Below, in pieces: positions 38,993-51,392 of a stretch of 64,000 bases of DNA. The notes below the pieces were generated by a model. That model worked only from the letters and a program-made list of their open reading frames with translations, was not told where the DNA came from and ran no database searches. The translations under genes and the position numbers were made by a program. This DNA comes from Octopus bimaculoides (taxonomy: Eukaryota): NCBI RefSeq assembly GCF_001194135.2, contig NC_068993.1, positions 20,968,748 through 21,032,747 of the forward strand, read 5' to 3'. Each line of letters starts with the position of its first letter. Position 1 is the first letter of the stretch.

Positions 38993-40066
38993 CCCATAAC
39001 ACTAATTCTGATCTTTACACCTCCCTAAAGCAAGATGTCTTCATTTACTTATGTATGAAACACTCAATTTCGTGAAAATATTGTCTATGAAAAAGTATGC
39101 CTTATAGGGCTTTTCTATAAGGTGTTATCCACCCCTGATTGGAACTCTCCCGTATGACATGTACGCATGCTCAGTGACTTGCTTTAACAGTTGCAATCAG
39201 CTGAATGCACATTGCCAGTGACATTTGACATAATTACCCACACTCTGTGGTCAGGATTCTCTTTTTGGTTTGATGTCGGTATCGAAGGGATTACCAGACA
39301 CCGGACGATACAGTGAGAGCAGCTTTCACTCACATCGTGGTATTCGATGCTGTGTACGTGTCTGTCGTGGTAAAATATGCCACTCCTTAACTGTTGCTTT
39401 GATTTCATCCGTAGCACGAGGTAATTATGTCATTATCTGTGAANNNNNNNNNNNNNNNNNNNNNNNNNNNNNNNNNNNNNNNNNNNNNNNNNNNNNNNNN
39501 NNNNNNNNNNNNNNNNNNNNNNNNNGTCCGATACTTCAGACTTATCGTCCGATGAATTTACTTTGTTGACATTCTTCATCGACAAAATTTTTATTCCTTT
39601 CAACCTTTCAGTCAAGTCCGCCTTTCTTCCAATAACATACTGTCCATATAATCTTAAATATTTCTTTAACTCAGGCACAGTAAGTACTTCGATAGCTGAA
39701 TCATCAAGCTGCTTTATATCCATGATAAGACGTAAAACAATAACAATGGCGTGGGTTAGCCTCCGGAAGTTTAATTATCTACATGGAGCGCCGCCTAGCC
39801 AAGGGAGATAACCTACTTATAGGAAAGCCCTATAGTTGATCACGGTTGACATCAGTACGTCAGTTTTAGCTGCTATTTTACGCATTAAATAGCAGCAAAA
39901 ACTACAAATTTAGATTAACTATAAAAACAAGATTGTTTTGGCCTTGGTCATTTTTCTTACTATTCAGTATTTCAAATTGGCGTTTTATGATCCAACTTAA
40001 TAAGAGTAAATGAAATGATGTCCAAAACTACTGTCCTTTTGAAAATTTTATATATATTATTATGAG
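38993..40066 (-). mobile_element. Probable DNA-transposon derivative with a SAP-domain ORF and internal inverted repeats
   Basis: ORF 39433-39723 has LTVPELKKYLRLYGQYVIGRKADLTERL, a SAP motif. An inverted repeat at 39103-39134 / 39803-39834 brackets it. Outer ends uncertain; contains a gap. Confidence 0.55.
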
Positions 40067-41396
40067 ACTGGATTTGGCACTCATCATGTTGAATGAAAAC
40101 TGTAGTAAGTGTGAGCTACTTTTTCATGTTATTTTATAAGCTAACTATGATGTCGAGAAATTCCAGCGTTTTGATATGCTAGTCATACGGATTTGAATTA
40201 ATGCCTTCGTATAGTCGATTCAGGCACTTAGCATCATCCAATACCATCTTGTTAATAAGAAGCTAATCGATTACCTATACAACTCGGTACACGATATATC
40301 TACTCTGCTGGAATTACATTCATTCAAATGTTTCATTATTACGTTGAATAGAATTTGGGAGGGCATACCATAAAAAACTGGTATCCGAGTGATGAATGAT
40401 AGTTATATGGGTCATCTGTTATTCTTTGTTTTAAGAACATTGTTGTCTGCAGTTGTAGAACCATCTACGCAACTGTGCGGGAAAGAAAAATTGTTGAGAG
40501 ATATGAGATGAAACATATACATAGCATTCAACATACATGAATATATCTTTTCAGATGTATTCATGAATACATGAATACATGAATACATTATATCCTTTGA
40601 TTCAGAGCTGCTTTATTTGGTCCATGAGGGGCTGGATCGCTTTTCAAACAACTCTGAAATTCATGTCGGATTCGTTGTTGCCGCAGTCATTTCTCCAGCT
40701 GCATTTTGGGTTTGCTTTTCATCTTCGGCTTGCTATTCTTCCTCTTTTTCCCCACTCTCCTTCGTTTTCCTCTTCGCTTCCATTGTCAAAAGACGAAGGG
40801 ATAGAATTCTTGGTTGGAGAAATGGAAAGAGCTTTGGCTTGTCTGCTTCTTGGACGAAAGAAGCAAATTCTCCAGGTAAGGCCATAATATAAACAGACAT
40901 AGTCGATGAAGTTTTTCGTTAAAAGAATACCAGAATGTTAACCTCATCTGCAGTAGAATGTGCCAAAAATTTTAACAGTTCGTTTTGGTTGCATCAAACT
41001 CTAGCATGGACTGTATTTAGCGGGAAGCCATCTTAGGGATTGGTTTTTCCTTCGTGAGTCGGCGAATCATCCAAAATTTTACTCTATGTATTTTTAAATA
41101 ATATCCTGTAATATTGATGTGTTTTTTTATGATTACAAATATATGTTGTTCTTATTTTATACATTTCTAACGCATTTCTTTGCACCTCATCTCTGTCTCT
41201 CTTTCACCTCCTTCGTTTTCATATAATTTTGTCTTGTTCTTTCTTACACGTTTTTGTGACACCCACAGTTACAGTTTTTCATGCATTGTATTTCATGAAT
41301 GTATTGAATCTAATTGCTTTCAATGGTAATAAAAAGATTATTGTTGTTGTTGTTGTTGTTGTTGTTGTTATTATCATTGTTGATATTATTGATTAG

Positions 41397-41605
41397 GTAC
41401 TCTTTGTAGCGATTGTCTACATTTTATTGCTATCGGATATTTATCTAACCCTGGAGAAATGAAACCTATTGTGAACAGCAATAACATCGACATCAACAAC
41501 TTTGTCAACAAACTACAAAACGAAGTAACAAACTCAGAAAGACACATCAGAAATATCCCAACCCACACAAACTTCGAAACTAAAACATATAAACTGTGGC
41601 AATAA
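41397..41605 (+). CDS. Possible alternative terminal exon or exon of another gene
   Basis: T-rich acceptor ..tattattgattag; phase 1 is open for 68 codons: TLCSDCLHFIAIGYLSNPGEMKP..TYKLWQ*. Confidence 0.3.
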
Positions 41606-43248
41606 TAGCATAGGAACATATCTATTTCACGAAAACAAAAAGAGATAAAATATTTGTTCAATATTTAGTTACAGAAAATATAGCAATATATTACTGAGGA
41701 GCATAAAAGATATTCTTGCATTTATTTCAAATATAAAGCAAAGAAATTCCCGCATTTAAAATATGCTCGAAGCAAGTGCCTCTGTGATCTTTGCGACTAT
41801 ACCGGACTACAGCAGAAATGAAAAAAGTAAAGAAAGAAAACAACAGGAAAAAACCAGTTACGAACAAAATAAGCTGGTCGCCTCTACCCACAAGGATAAT
41901 ATATCAAAATAAAAGCAAATTACATCAAAATGCCGTCAGGCGAAGAAACAGAATACTCTGGGAGAGGTTTATTCACAACTAAGAGAACAACGATGGGCTG
42001 AAGATGAATATGCAACTACAGAAATGCAAGAGGACAAACAATGCATGTGCTGTAAGTATTGTGATGTCAGTAAGTTCTGGAATCTTACAATTGACGCATT
42101 AACTACCTTATTACTTACTTACAATTAACTTTCTTATTTACAATTGATACAGTAACTACCTAATAACTACCCACAGAGTATGACAGAAGTTATTTTTTTA
42201 GAAGCATAAAATAATGCCTAAATCACTTAACAAAGGAATAACAACTTTTAACGAGCCCCTGATGTTAACAGTCTATAAAGGCATTGACATCAATTGCTGG
42301 TAACGAGTAAAGCTGGAAAAACATGAGCTCTGATAGGAAATAGTAAGATTGAAAGGGAACTTACTTATCTGCAGAACTGTAAGCTGTAATAAAAGAAAAA
42401 CAAGATCAGGTTCATGATATGTATTGATTAATCAAAACCTTTGAACGTTTGCCTCTTACTGATACTTCGGAAGGAGGAAAATTCATAACACCAGATAGTA
42501 TAGGAGGTATGAAGAGAATTAGATCAAGGAAAAATATATACACAGAAATGTTTGGTATTGTGTAAATTTATAGAAAAAAAGGATCGTTAATGAACGAACG
42601 TTATGGACATAGCATAAGACAAGAAAGATATAAAAGCTAGAAATATAAAGATAAGAGTAAATAATCCGCAAGTTTTAAATGCTTTCCCACTTCATCCTAT
42701 GATGTACCTTGACACATCCTCGATTATGTTTTCTGGGGTCAACAGGTGTTTGGTGTCTTTTAACATCAGACACCCTTATCCAGGTGACCCACAAGGAACT
42801 GATCAAACGCCAGCTTGTGCCTAGCTAGCATTACCCCTGGTAACACTGCCCTACCCAAGGTTCCCATTTCTTGATCTACAACCATCTTGAGGCAACATCC
42901 GCTGTCTCTACAGCCAACCTAACAGCCTTCCGCCTACTGGCCTACTGGCCCGTGTGACACTAAACATATTGCAAGCTACAATTATACTCAAATAGCGATT
43001 AAATTAATTTGTAAATCAATACATAAAATATAATATCAACTAATTATTAATTAATAAAAGAAAAACGAAGAAAGTTGTCACAGCATTTAGAAAACACCTG
43101 TTTAAAATAACCAAATGTTCTATCGTATAAAATCCTTCAAAACTTCTTAAAAACTGAAAAGATTTGTAGTTGCTTCGCAGAGAGGAACTGATTACTGTCT
43201 AAACTGACTGACATGTTGGTTAACAGTAGTGAATAACTAATGTTACAA

Positions 43249-44527
43249 TATGAGAGTCGGCTGAAAGATTCATAGCCTGACCAAGATACTTTCATGGAAT
43301 GTAACCAAATGAGGTTTAGTTTTCAACATAGTCTTCCTTGCCGTGCACTCTTCTTCTGTCGTTGCAGTGTTTGGATCCCATTGATGAAGATGCTTTCATC
43401 TGTTGGTCAAAAAGTCATCAACAACAGATACGATACCATCATCACTGCGGTACTGGTTCCTAGCCAAGTGTTTTTTCATGATGATTGGGGAACAGATGAT
43501 AGTCAGACGGGGCCAAATCAAGAGAATATGGAGAGTGATCAACCAATGTAAAACCATAGTCACGAACAGAAGACATTGAAATCAACGACTTGTGTGCTGG
43601 AGGAATGTTTTGGTGAAGCGAAGCTCCTTTCGTCTCTTTTCCCGAGCGTTTGGGCTTGATAGACTTTCGTAACTGATTCAGTAAGTTTCCATAGTACTCT
43701 CCATTGAAGATAATCAATAAACATAATGCCTTTGGCATAAAAAAGGAGGCCATCACCTATCCTGTAGAGGAAATGACCATGATCTTCTTTGGAGCATATG
43801 AAGAGGGATGTTTCACTCCATGAGTTGTCTCTTTGTCTCTGGTTGAAAGTGGTGAACCCAACATTCGTCCTGAGTTAGGAAACATTCACGAAAACCACAC
43901 TGGATCTGCTTCAAACAATGTCAGATTTTCTCGTGATGTGATCAATTTGGGGCATTTTTTTATCAGGTGTCAGAAGAAATTGTACCCACCGAGCAGAAAC
44001 CTTCATAAGGCCAAGTTCATTGTGCAACAGATTCTCAACTCTCACGGGATACGATAATAGCATTGGCTATCTTATATATAGTCAATCGTCTATCCTTCAT
44101 CACCATACAGTGAACAATATCAATGTTTTTCTCGGTGGTGACAGTTACAAGACGTCCAGAGCTTGGGTCATCTTCAAGAATCTCCGTTTCCCTCCTAAAT
44201 TCAGCTGCCTACGGTTGCACTGTTGATTAAGCAGGAGCGTCATCCCCTAATGTAGCAACCATGTCAGCATGAATGTCGTTGGGGGTTAAACTCTTTCTCT
44301 GCAGGTACTTGACTAACTCCACAGTGCCAAATTTTGTCCATTTTCAAGAGAAGTCGCTACTTGTTACTTTTGAAGTCTTCTTTGAAAAGTCAGATGTCAG
44401 TTTACTCAGAAAGAAACAATGGAGTTATTTATTAATAAAGAGAGTTGAAATTAATGCATGTAAGATTTCATAGCTCTAGCATCACTCCTTCTTAGTGAGC
44501 CTATGAACTTTTCAACCCACTCTCGTA
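43249..44527 (-). mobile_element. Full-length but decayed mariner transposon (~1.28 kb) with TIRs
   Basis: TIRs tatgagagtcggctgaaagattcatagcctgaccaag and (reverse complement) tacgagagtgggttgaaaagttcataggctcactaag, with TA ends. ORF 43460-43756 has HSPYSLDLAPSDYHLFP. Confidence 0.93.
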
Positions 44528-44649
44528 CATTATTCTTCTGGAGAGTAGGTCTGTTAGGTTGTCTAGTGCATCTGCATGAACTCTGTTATCTGATAGCCAG
44601 GAAAAAGTCTGTTTCTATAAGGCATTAGATACAGTACTGAGAAATAACT

Positions 44650-44950
44650 TAATAAGACAAAGCCATGCTTGTAGCTGATTTTAATGCAACAGTATAGAAT
44701 ATGAAAAAACAAAACTGGAAACAAATGACAAAGACCAGCATGTTGGGGTAACTAATAGAAATAGCATTAGACTGCATTTTCTATGTGCAGAGAAAGACAT
44801 TTTACCAATTTCATGTTCCAACAGAAAAAAACTCAGGATTTCATGGATATATCTTAGACTAAAAAACATAGTCAAGACTATAGTCCTCAAAGATATTCTT
44901 CTCATCTATGCATTAAGAGAGCTGAATGTTGGATTACTGTATGATAAAGA
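44650..44950 (+). mobile_element. RTE-like AP-endonuclease remnant
   Basis: ADFNATV and NRNSIRLHFLCAEKD resemble the GDFNA.VG and N.NG.RLL..C motifs. Confidence 0.45.
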
Positions 44951-45247
44951 CACAGTTTAGATTATAGGCACGTCCTTAACTATATTCTAAAGCATCAAAA
45001 CATGAACGAGCTCATCAGATGCAAGCGGGATAGATCGGATAATTATATGGATTTCCGTCATTCTGTAGATGCCAAACCGAAAAACCTTTGAGGTATTCAT
45101 AACATGACAATCCTCCGTTCTGTTCACCTCTAACAATTCTGTTGTTACTATTTGGCACATCAGATCCTATATATCTCTACTGTTTGGCACATCAAATCCC
45201 ATATATTTGTAAAATCTCCATTATATCTTCAGTTTACAAAGAATAGT

Positions 45248-45336
45248 ATGCTAGAGCTTATTCTGGCTTTGCTTTTCTTAGCTCTTACTACGGCACTGAA
45301 CACCGAAACCGTTACTCTAAAAACAAATTACAGAGA
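45248..45336 (+). CDS. Candidate signal-peptide exon of a second secreted protein
   Basis: Acceptor ccattatatcttcag ends at 45232, ATG at 45248, donor gtaagt at 45337 (phase 2). Encodes MLELILALLFLALTTA-LNTETVTLKTNYR. Confidence 0.5.
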
Positions 45337-45403
45337 GTAAGTTAGAGTAAAAGTCTTGGAAGTTGACCAATAGGAAGTCATGAACTTCTTTGCTTGATCA
45401 TAC

Positions 45404-45652
45404 AAGTAATGGCAATGATTCGGTGACTAAATCTAAAGTTTCTGTAGATCCCGATCCACTGAGGACTGACTTTTGGTTGTTTACACACTTGTATCCCACC
45501 ATCCTTTGAAATTGCACTGAAATTAGTCTGGTTGCTATTGTCAGTGAAGCGTTCGGCTGTGTCTATATATGGTTCAGAAATTTCTTGTAAGACCGATATA
45601 TCAACTCGAGTAGGACAAGGAGTGCTGTAATAACACCCATAATATTTCTTCT
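45404..45652 (-). CDS. Possible 249-nt phase 1-1 exon, extracellular-module-like
   Basis: Inside ORF 45378-45674 in non-repetitive DNA (KKYYGCYYSTPCP..VC..PQWIGIY). Weak acceptor tttatgtag and donor gtatga. Confidence 0.25.
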
Positions 45653-46467
45653 CTACATAAATGACTTTTAACAATACTCACTTATACAAATGATACTGCC
45701 GTTCAATTTTCGAGAGTTACCCTCCAAACAAACGAGATTCCTCCAGCCAAATATTCACTAATTTCATGAACAAACATTAAAAAACATCAACCGTAACACA
45801 TCATCCAAGAATGCCGCTATAATACACTTATTACTCACACCACGAAGACTTTTTTCAATATTAGTCCTCATGAACACATCCAAAATTTCACAAGTTTCAG
45901 ACTGCTAATATCCCAGATACATGAGATTGTCAAACGCCCGACCCAAAGACAAGTTTTTCTCTTTAACCTTTTACACGCTTAGACGCATCATGTCACCGTA
46001 CGAGTTTTCTCACCTGTAGCTGCAGACGCATTGTGTCGCATTGAGAGGGGAGAAAACTCGTACATTGACATGACACAGCGTATACCTTAGTTCTAAGCAT
46101 TTACTGATTTTACAATACACAGGAGCGACAGACTTTGTTCCATATCCTCTGATCTCTTTTGTCTACGTTAGTCAAAATTTCCATCTGATACATTGGTCAC
46201 TCTTTCTCTTACCATTCCTTCTTAGTTATACTCAGTAAATCCCTTAGTGGACATTTTGTTCTATTCTTTCTTCTGAAACTCATTCCTTGAAACTCATTCC
46301 TTGTCTACACTTTCTCTGCAAAGAGCCCTGAATACCACCGAGTCTGAGATATACAGTAAATTTTATGATCAGTGATCCAAACTAAACATACATGAACAGC
46401 TCAAACATATATCAGCATGTACTCTCATTCTATAGACACTACATTATAAGCATAAACTCTGTGTGTT

Positions 46468-46524
<57 letters not shown>

Positions 46525-47100
46525 GAGAAAGGGAGAAAAAGGGGAGAGTGAGACAGAGGAGTAAATAAGAAAAAGGGGACAATGAGAGAGGGGGAGAATA
46601 TGAGAGAGAGGGATGAGAGAGAGAGAGAGAGAGATAGAGAGAGGAACAAAGAGACTGATACACTGATTCACATACATGTATACACATACACTCATAAATA
46701 TGTTGTATGGGTATATGTGCTATATATGTGTTGTGTGCCAGTATGTGCTGTATTGTGTGTTTGTGTGTGCATGTGTGTGTGTTATGTGTGCGGTTGTGGG
46801 TGTATATATTATTCGAATATGAAGAAAAAGGAGACAGAGGGTCTCAGTCAGATGAGCTGAAATTGATAGCATGTTGACTGTTTCTATCGATATCACCAAT
46901 CATATTGAATTAAACACTTAAGAGAAATTCTGTTATTTAACAGTAATAAATATGGAGAGTTTTAATTAAGCAGCGTGTCAGATGTAAAGTAGCATTAAAA
47001 GTTATAGTAAATGGAGACTTTCAGGGAGGAAACAGATGTAGAAATAGCTAGAGAGAGAGGTGGTGGGAGAAGGAGAGAGAGATATGAGGAGAAGGAGAGA

Positions 47101-47206
<106 letters not shown>

Positions 47207-47255
47207 GGAGCGAAATAAGAAGGAAGGAAATGAAAGACATTTTTATTTATTACAG

Positions 47256-47354
47256 AATGTCCGAGTCATGTTTTATAATACTGCGTCCTCTTCTCTCAAA
47301 CCCAGGAAACAAAGACCAACAACTAATAACGCCATTTGTATTAGATTTCCAAAT
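47256..47354 (+). CDS. Candidate 99-nt exon (phase 2-2) of the second secreted protein
   Basis: Strong acceptor tttttatttattacag and donor gtaaat. Phase 2 reads MSESCFIILRPLLSNPGNKDQQLITPFVLDFQ; phase 0 is also open. Confidence 0.4.
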
Positions 47355-47880
47355 GTAAATATATCTAAGTTTCATCACTTTCTAATTTATTTCAATTGTT
47401 CTGATAAAATAAAACTCATTTGATGCGTCGTTTCTGATAAAGATACAATAATTAGAATAAATTAGAAGCTGATATTGTGGAATATTTTACATACAATGAA
47501 CAATCGTGCAAAAAGAAGATAACTTCAAGCTATTGTACTCAACTTTAATGAAATCTAAATTTTCTGTGAATGAAATCAAAATATTTTAAAACAGTATTTG
47601 TATGGATATAGGCAAATGATTTAATCAAATCTATAGGCAAATCCATTAAAATGTTCGACAGCAAGTTACTTCCTCACACAGTTTCTTGAATGTGGAGAGT
47701 GTGTGGGTACCCAGGCGTAATTTTGATAAAATCTATTAAACATCAGAGAAAGCTAGCAATCAACAACACTTGATAGGATATCTTACTATTAAAATACGCT
47801 GCCTAACTGCGAGCTCTTTAAGCTACGGAATTTGTATGACATTTGTTTAAGAAGTCAAATGTCTTTATAGTTATCAAAGA

Positions 47881-48218
47881 TTAACGAATCTTACATCCAG
47901 TCGTAGACACTTATCACTTGCAAAGCTGAACATATCACCAGCTACTTAAAAACCAAGAAACAGATTTTTCACTACTCCACTTCGTCTGGTGTTATTTTGC
48001 CATAAATCTTCAAAGTAAACATCAAAGATCTTTGGCTCAAGTCCGCTTCTATTCTCGACCAGTTAGAGATAGTATTACTGAACTCCAACTCACACATCAA
48101 TCTAGGCTCTCGACCCAAGACAGAAAACTCCTTTATGTACAGATTTCTATCCCCAAGTGCCGTGCCGTGAGGTACAATCAACAAACCCGTTTGGTGCGTG
48201 CACTCTTTACTCTCTGCT
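47881..48218. repeat. Left copy of a ~335-bp inverted repeat pair
   Basis: Closely matches the reverse complement of 54115-54447; ORFs 47972-48184 and 54156-54356 are near-identical. Confidence 0.9.
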
Positions 48219-48479
48219 GATCTTTCTTGTATTGTTGCTGAGGTTGTTTAACTCCCAGTCTGGTTGGGATTTCTAGCCGTGACTGTTTTATCTCTTCTAT
48301 CAAGATCTAGATTGTCCAATGTTTCATTTTCCCTCAATGACGATAGGATGTAATTATCAGGGATTTAGTACAAATTCTAACAAGGAAGCAACCAAATTCT
48401 AACGTGAGAAGTGATTTATAAATCCAAGGTTTTATGCAAACACAGGTATTTGGGATTTGATTATGTGCAGTGTTCTGTT

Positions 48480-49560
48480 TTGATTTTGATTCTGATTTTG
48501 TATTCCTGTGAATAGATTGAAGGTATGTTACATAATACAGGGTGCAATGCTTCTAGGGTTAGCTTATGTTTTCTATATATTTCTGAGTCCTGAGATTTTA
48601 GCCAAGAAATCTGCATATTTCTGTATTATTCCCAAGGCAATTATGATAAAGATTACTTCTGGGTTGTGCCTCTATATTAAGGTCCTTTCCATTTCCGCGT
48701 CTTTAGATAAATTTTATCTTTCTTTAAAGACATATCATCTTAAGGGAGTGATATTTCGATTGGGGTTCGATGACAATAATATACGGTTGATTTTTTTTTT
48801 TTTGCTATTATGACTATACGCATTGACATATTCTAGAATATGTTCCAGTTATCATTCCCTGAGACATTATCTGGTATGTATTTATGCTTCCGCATTTTGG
48901 TTGGCATTTCTATAATGCTAGTATAACGTCTAAAGTACAAAACTGAACCTCAGTTGGCCTTTTGACCACTTTTTGCAAAAATCGAGCAATCAGAAATAGT
49001 GTGTTTAAAGAGTTCTTCTTAACCTCCACGTATTTTATAGGTACGTAATGTATTCCCTGCCTGTTTCATTGCATACTTTTGGTCGTTTCTGGCGGAAAGG
49101 TTTTAAAACTGTGTCTCACTAAAGAATGTTTCACTTTCAATTTCATCATGCATTTCCCATCATACAGTTTTTCATGTATATGCAATGTAGATTTTATGCC
49201 GATGAATTAAGCTCGACATTTTGTATCCATTTTTGGGGGGGGCTTGGATTCTACCTTTTTCGAAATTATTCTTGCACTTCTCCGTATGCATTAAAGACTT
49301 AACGTTTTGTTCGCTCGTGTTTTGCAGCAATTTATATGAATTTTCCATATTTCTTTACTGGGTATTTCTGTAGTCGAACAGAGAATATTTCAGAGAATAT
49401 TTTATAGTTTCATAACAGATAATATTTCATAGTTGCTTAAACTCCATATATTTCCAGTATATATAGTTTTTCTATTTTAGGTAGTATAGTCGAAATGCAG
49501 TATTATATCTTTTCTTGTTTTTTTCTGTCCATTCTTCCTAGTTTGTTTAGCGTCAAGATT
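48480..49560 (-). mobile_element. Older, degraded R4/Dong 3' fragment
   Basis: Recognisable similarity to the 50.0-51.2 kb and 32.3-32.8 kb copies (attattcccaaggca..gtcctttccatttccgcg). Confidence 0.55.
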
Positions 49561-49642
49561 AGAATCCAAAACACAGCAGGAAAATCAAGCATATTTTTAT
49601 GCTATAGTTTAAAGTCATGCTTTTATATATCCAATATTTCAG

Positions 49643-49862
49643 TGACCGGGATGTCCTTTATATGATAAAAGACAATTTAAGAATTTGTTGCAAGTATACC
49701 CAAATGCGGTTTCAGTCGAACAATGGAACCAAAAGTATTCCCGATACACAAGCAGACTATTACTGTTTGCTGAATTTTTTAATATATGCTTTTCTTTTAG
49801 ACGTTCTATATGAAAGTCTCTGTAATCTCGTTCTCTTACGTTATACGATAGAACACTGCTAA
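49643..49862 (+). CDS. Candidate downstream exon(s) of the second secreted protein
   Basis: Acceptor tatatatccaatatttcag; only phase 2 is open (DRDVLYMIKDNLRICCK..). A second strong acceptor ending at 49800 suggests an internal intron. Confidence 0.3.
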
Positions 49863-49922
49863 TGTGTCGATGACACAGTTAGTACTCTCGCAATGTGGAA
49901 AAGTATTTGAAAATTATAATCA

Positions 49923-49989
<67 letters not shown>

Positions 49990-49997
49990 AATAATAT

Positions 49998-51240
49998 TAT
50001 TCAGCAGTCTTACTTTTATCGCGTGCTTTCACTGCACTACCGAGCGAACTTTTGTGTACGTTGGGTATGCTGTGATGCTCTTGAGCTTGTTGTTGTGCTC
50101 TTATATTCTCTGTATTCAAAGTGTTCTCGTAGGTAGGATGTGTGAGGCACCTAGTACTGCTATTTTCTGTATGTTATATATACTTGCAAGTGCTGATGTT
50201 TTTGTTATGTATTTGCTTGAATGTTTTTTCATCATACTTAATGTACCTACTTTTATAAGAATTGTTTCTATTTTGGGGTTCCGCATTCGAGTTTCCTCTA
50301 TTTCCAATTCTTTGTATTTTGAAAGTTTCTCCGTTTCTCTTGAAGAAAAATTGTCATTTGTTGGTATTGATACATCGATTAAAAAGGGGGTTGTTTGTGA
50401 CCTCTAACAACTATGTCCAGCCTATTGGCCTTAATTTCTCTGTCTTTGTGTTTTGGAATGTCTTAAAGTATGGTTGCTTTGTCATTTTCTGTGACTTTTT
50501 CTGGCATGTGCCTATACTGTCTTTTCCCTATTGCTATTCCATAGTGTTGGTATAGTTTCCAGTATATATAGGTCCTAACTCTGTCGTGTCTGTGAATATA
50601 TTCCTTCTTAGCCAGGACTGGGCAGCCAGAGACCATAGGATTTATTGTTCCTTTTCCGACACTACATATTCTGCAGTTGCTTTATTTTTTTTCATTACGT
50701 ATTTTTTGGTGATTTCTGATGGGAAGGTTTTGATCTTGTGCTGCAATTAAAAATCTTTCAGTCTCTGCTTTGAGTCCTGATCTTCTCAACCATTGTTGGG
50801 ATTTGGCTTTGTCTATTTCTTTTCTGTTTAGTTTAACCCAGTATTTGCCACGAAGGGTCTTTTCTTGCCATCATGTTATCATGCTCCGTTACTGTTCCAG
50901 TTTTAGCTTGGATTTCAGTTGTATGACAGCTTTTGTCGTTTTTTTCTTTTTCTTCATAGTTGTGAAGTAATATGGCTTCATGTTTGTATTTGTCAGCTTC
51001 CTTAAAGACTGAAAACAGTTTTTTTGTTTTGTCCGTGTTTTGTGGCTATTTGTACTAGTTTTCCTTGCTTCTGAAGTAGGTATTTCTGTAGTCCTACTGT
51101 GGTTATTTTATAATAGTTTTCTATTTGTATAAGGCCTCTACCACCTTTGATACGTCGTATATATAGCCTTCCTATGTCAGATTTTGCGCGGTGCATCCTA
51201 GATCCTGTCATTATTTTTCTTATTTTCCTGTCTATTTTGA
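49998..51240 (-). mobile_element. R4/Dong 5'-truncated copy between (TTA)n tracts
   Basis: ORFs 51002-51250 (MHRAKSDIGRLYIRRIKGGRGLIQIE) and 50116-50307; same family as 32331-32825. Confidence 0.9.
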
Positions 51241-51257
51241 TTATTATCATTACTATT

Positions 51258-51296
<39 letters not shown>

Positions 51297-51300
51297 GCTG

Positions 51301-51365
<65 letters not shown>

Positions 51366-51392
51366 ATTATTATTATTATTAATATTATTATT

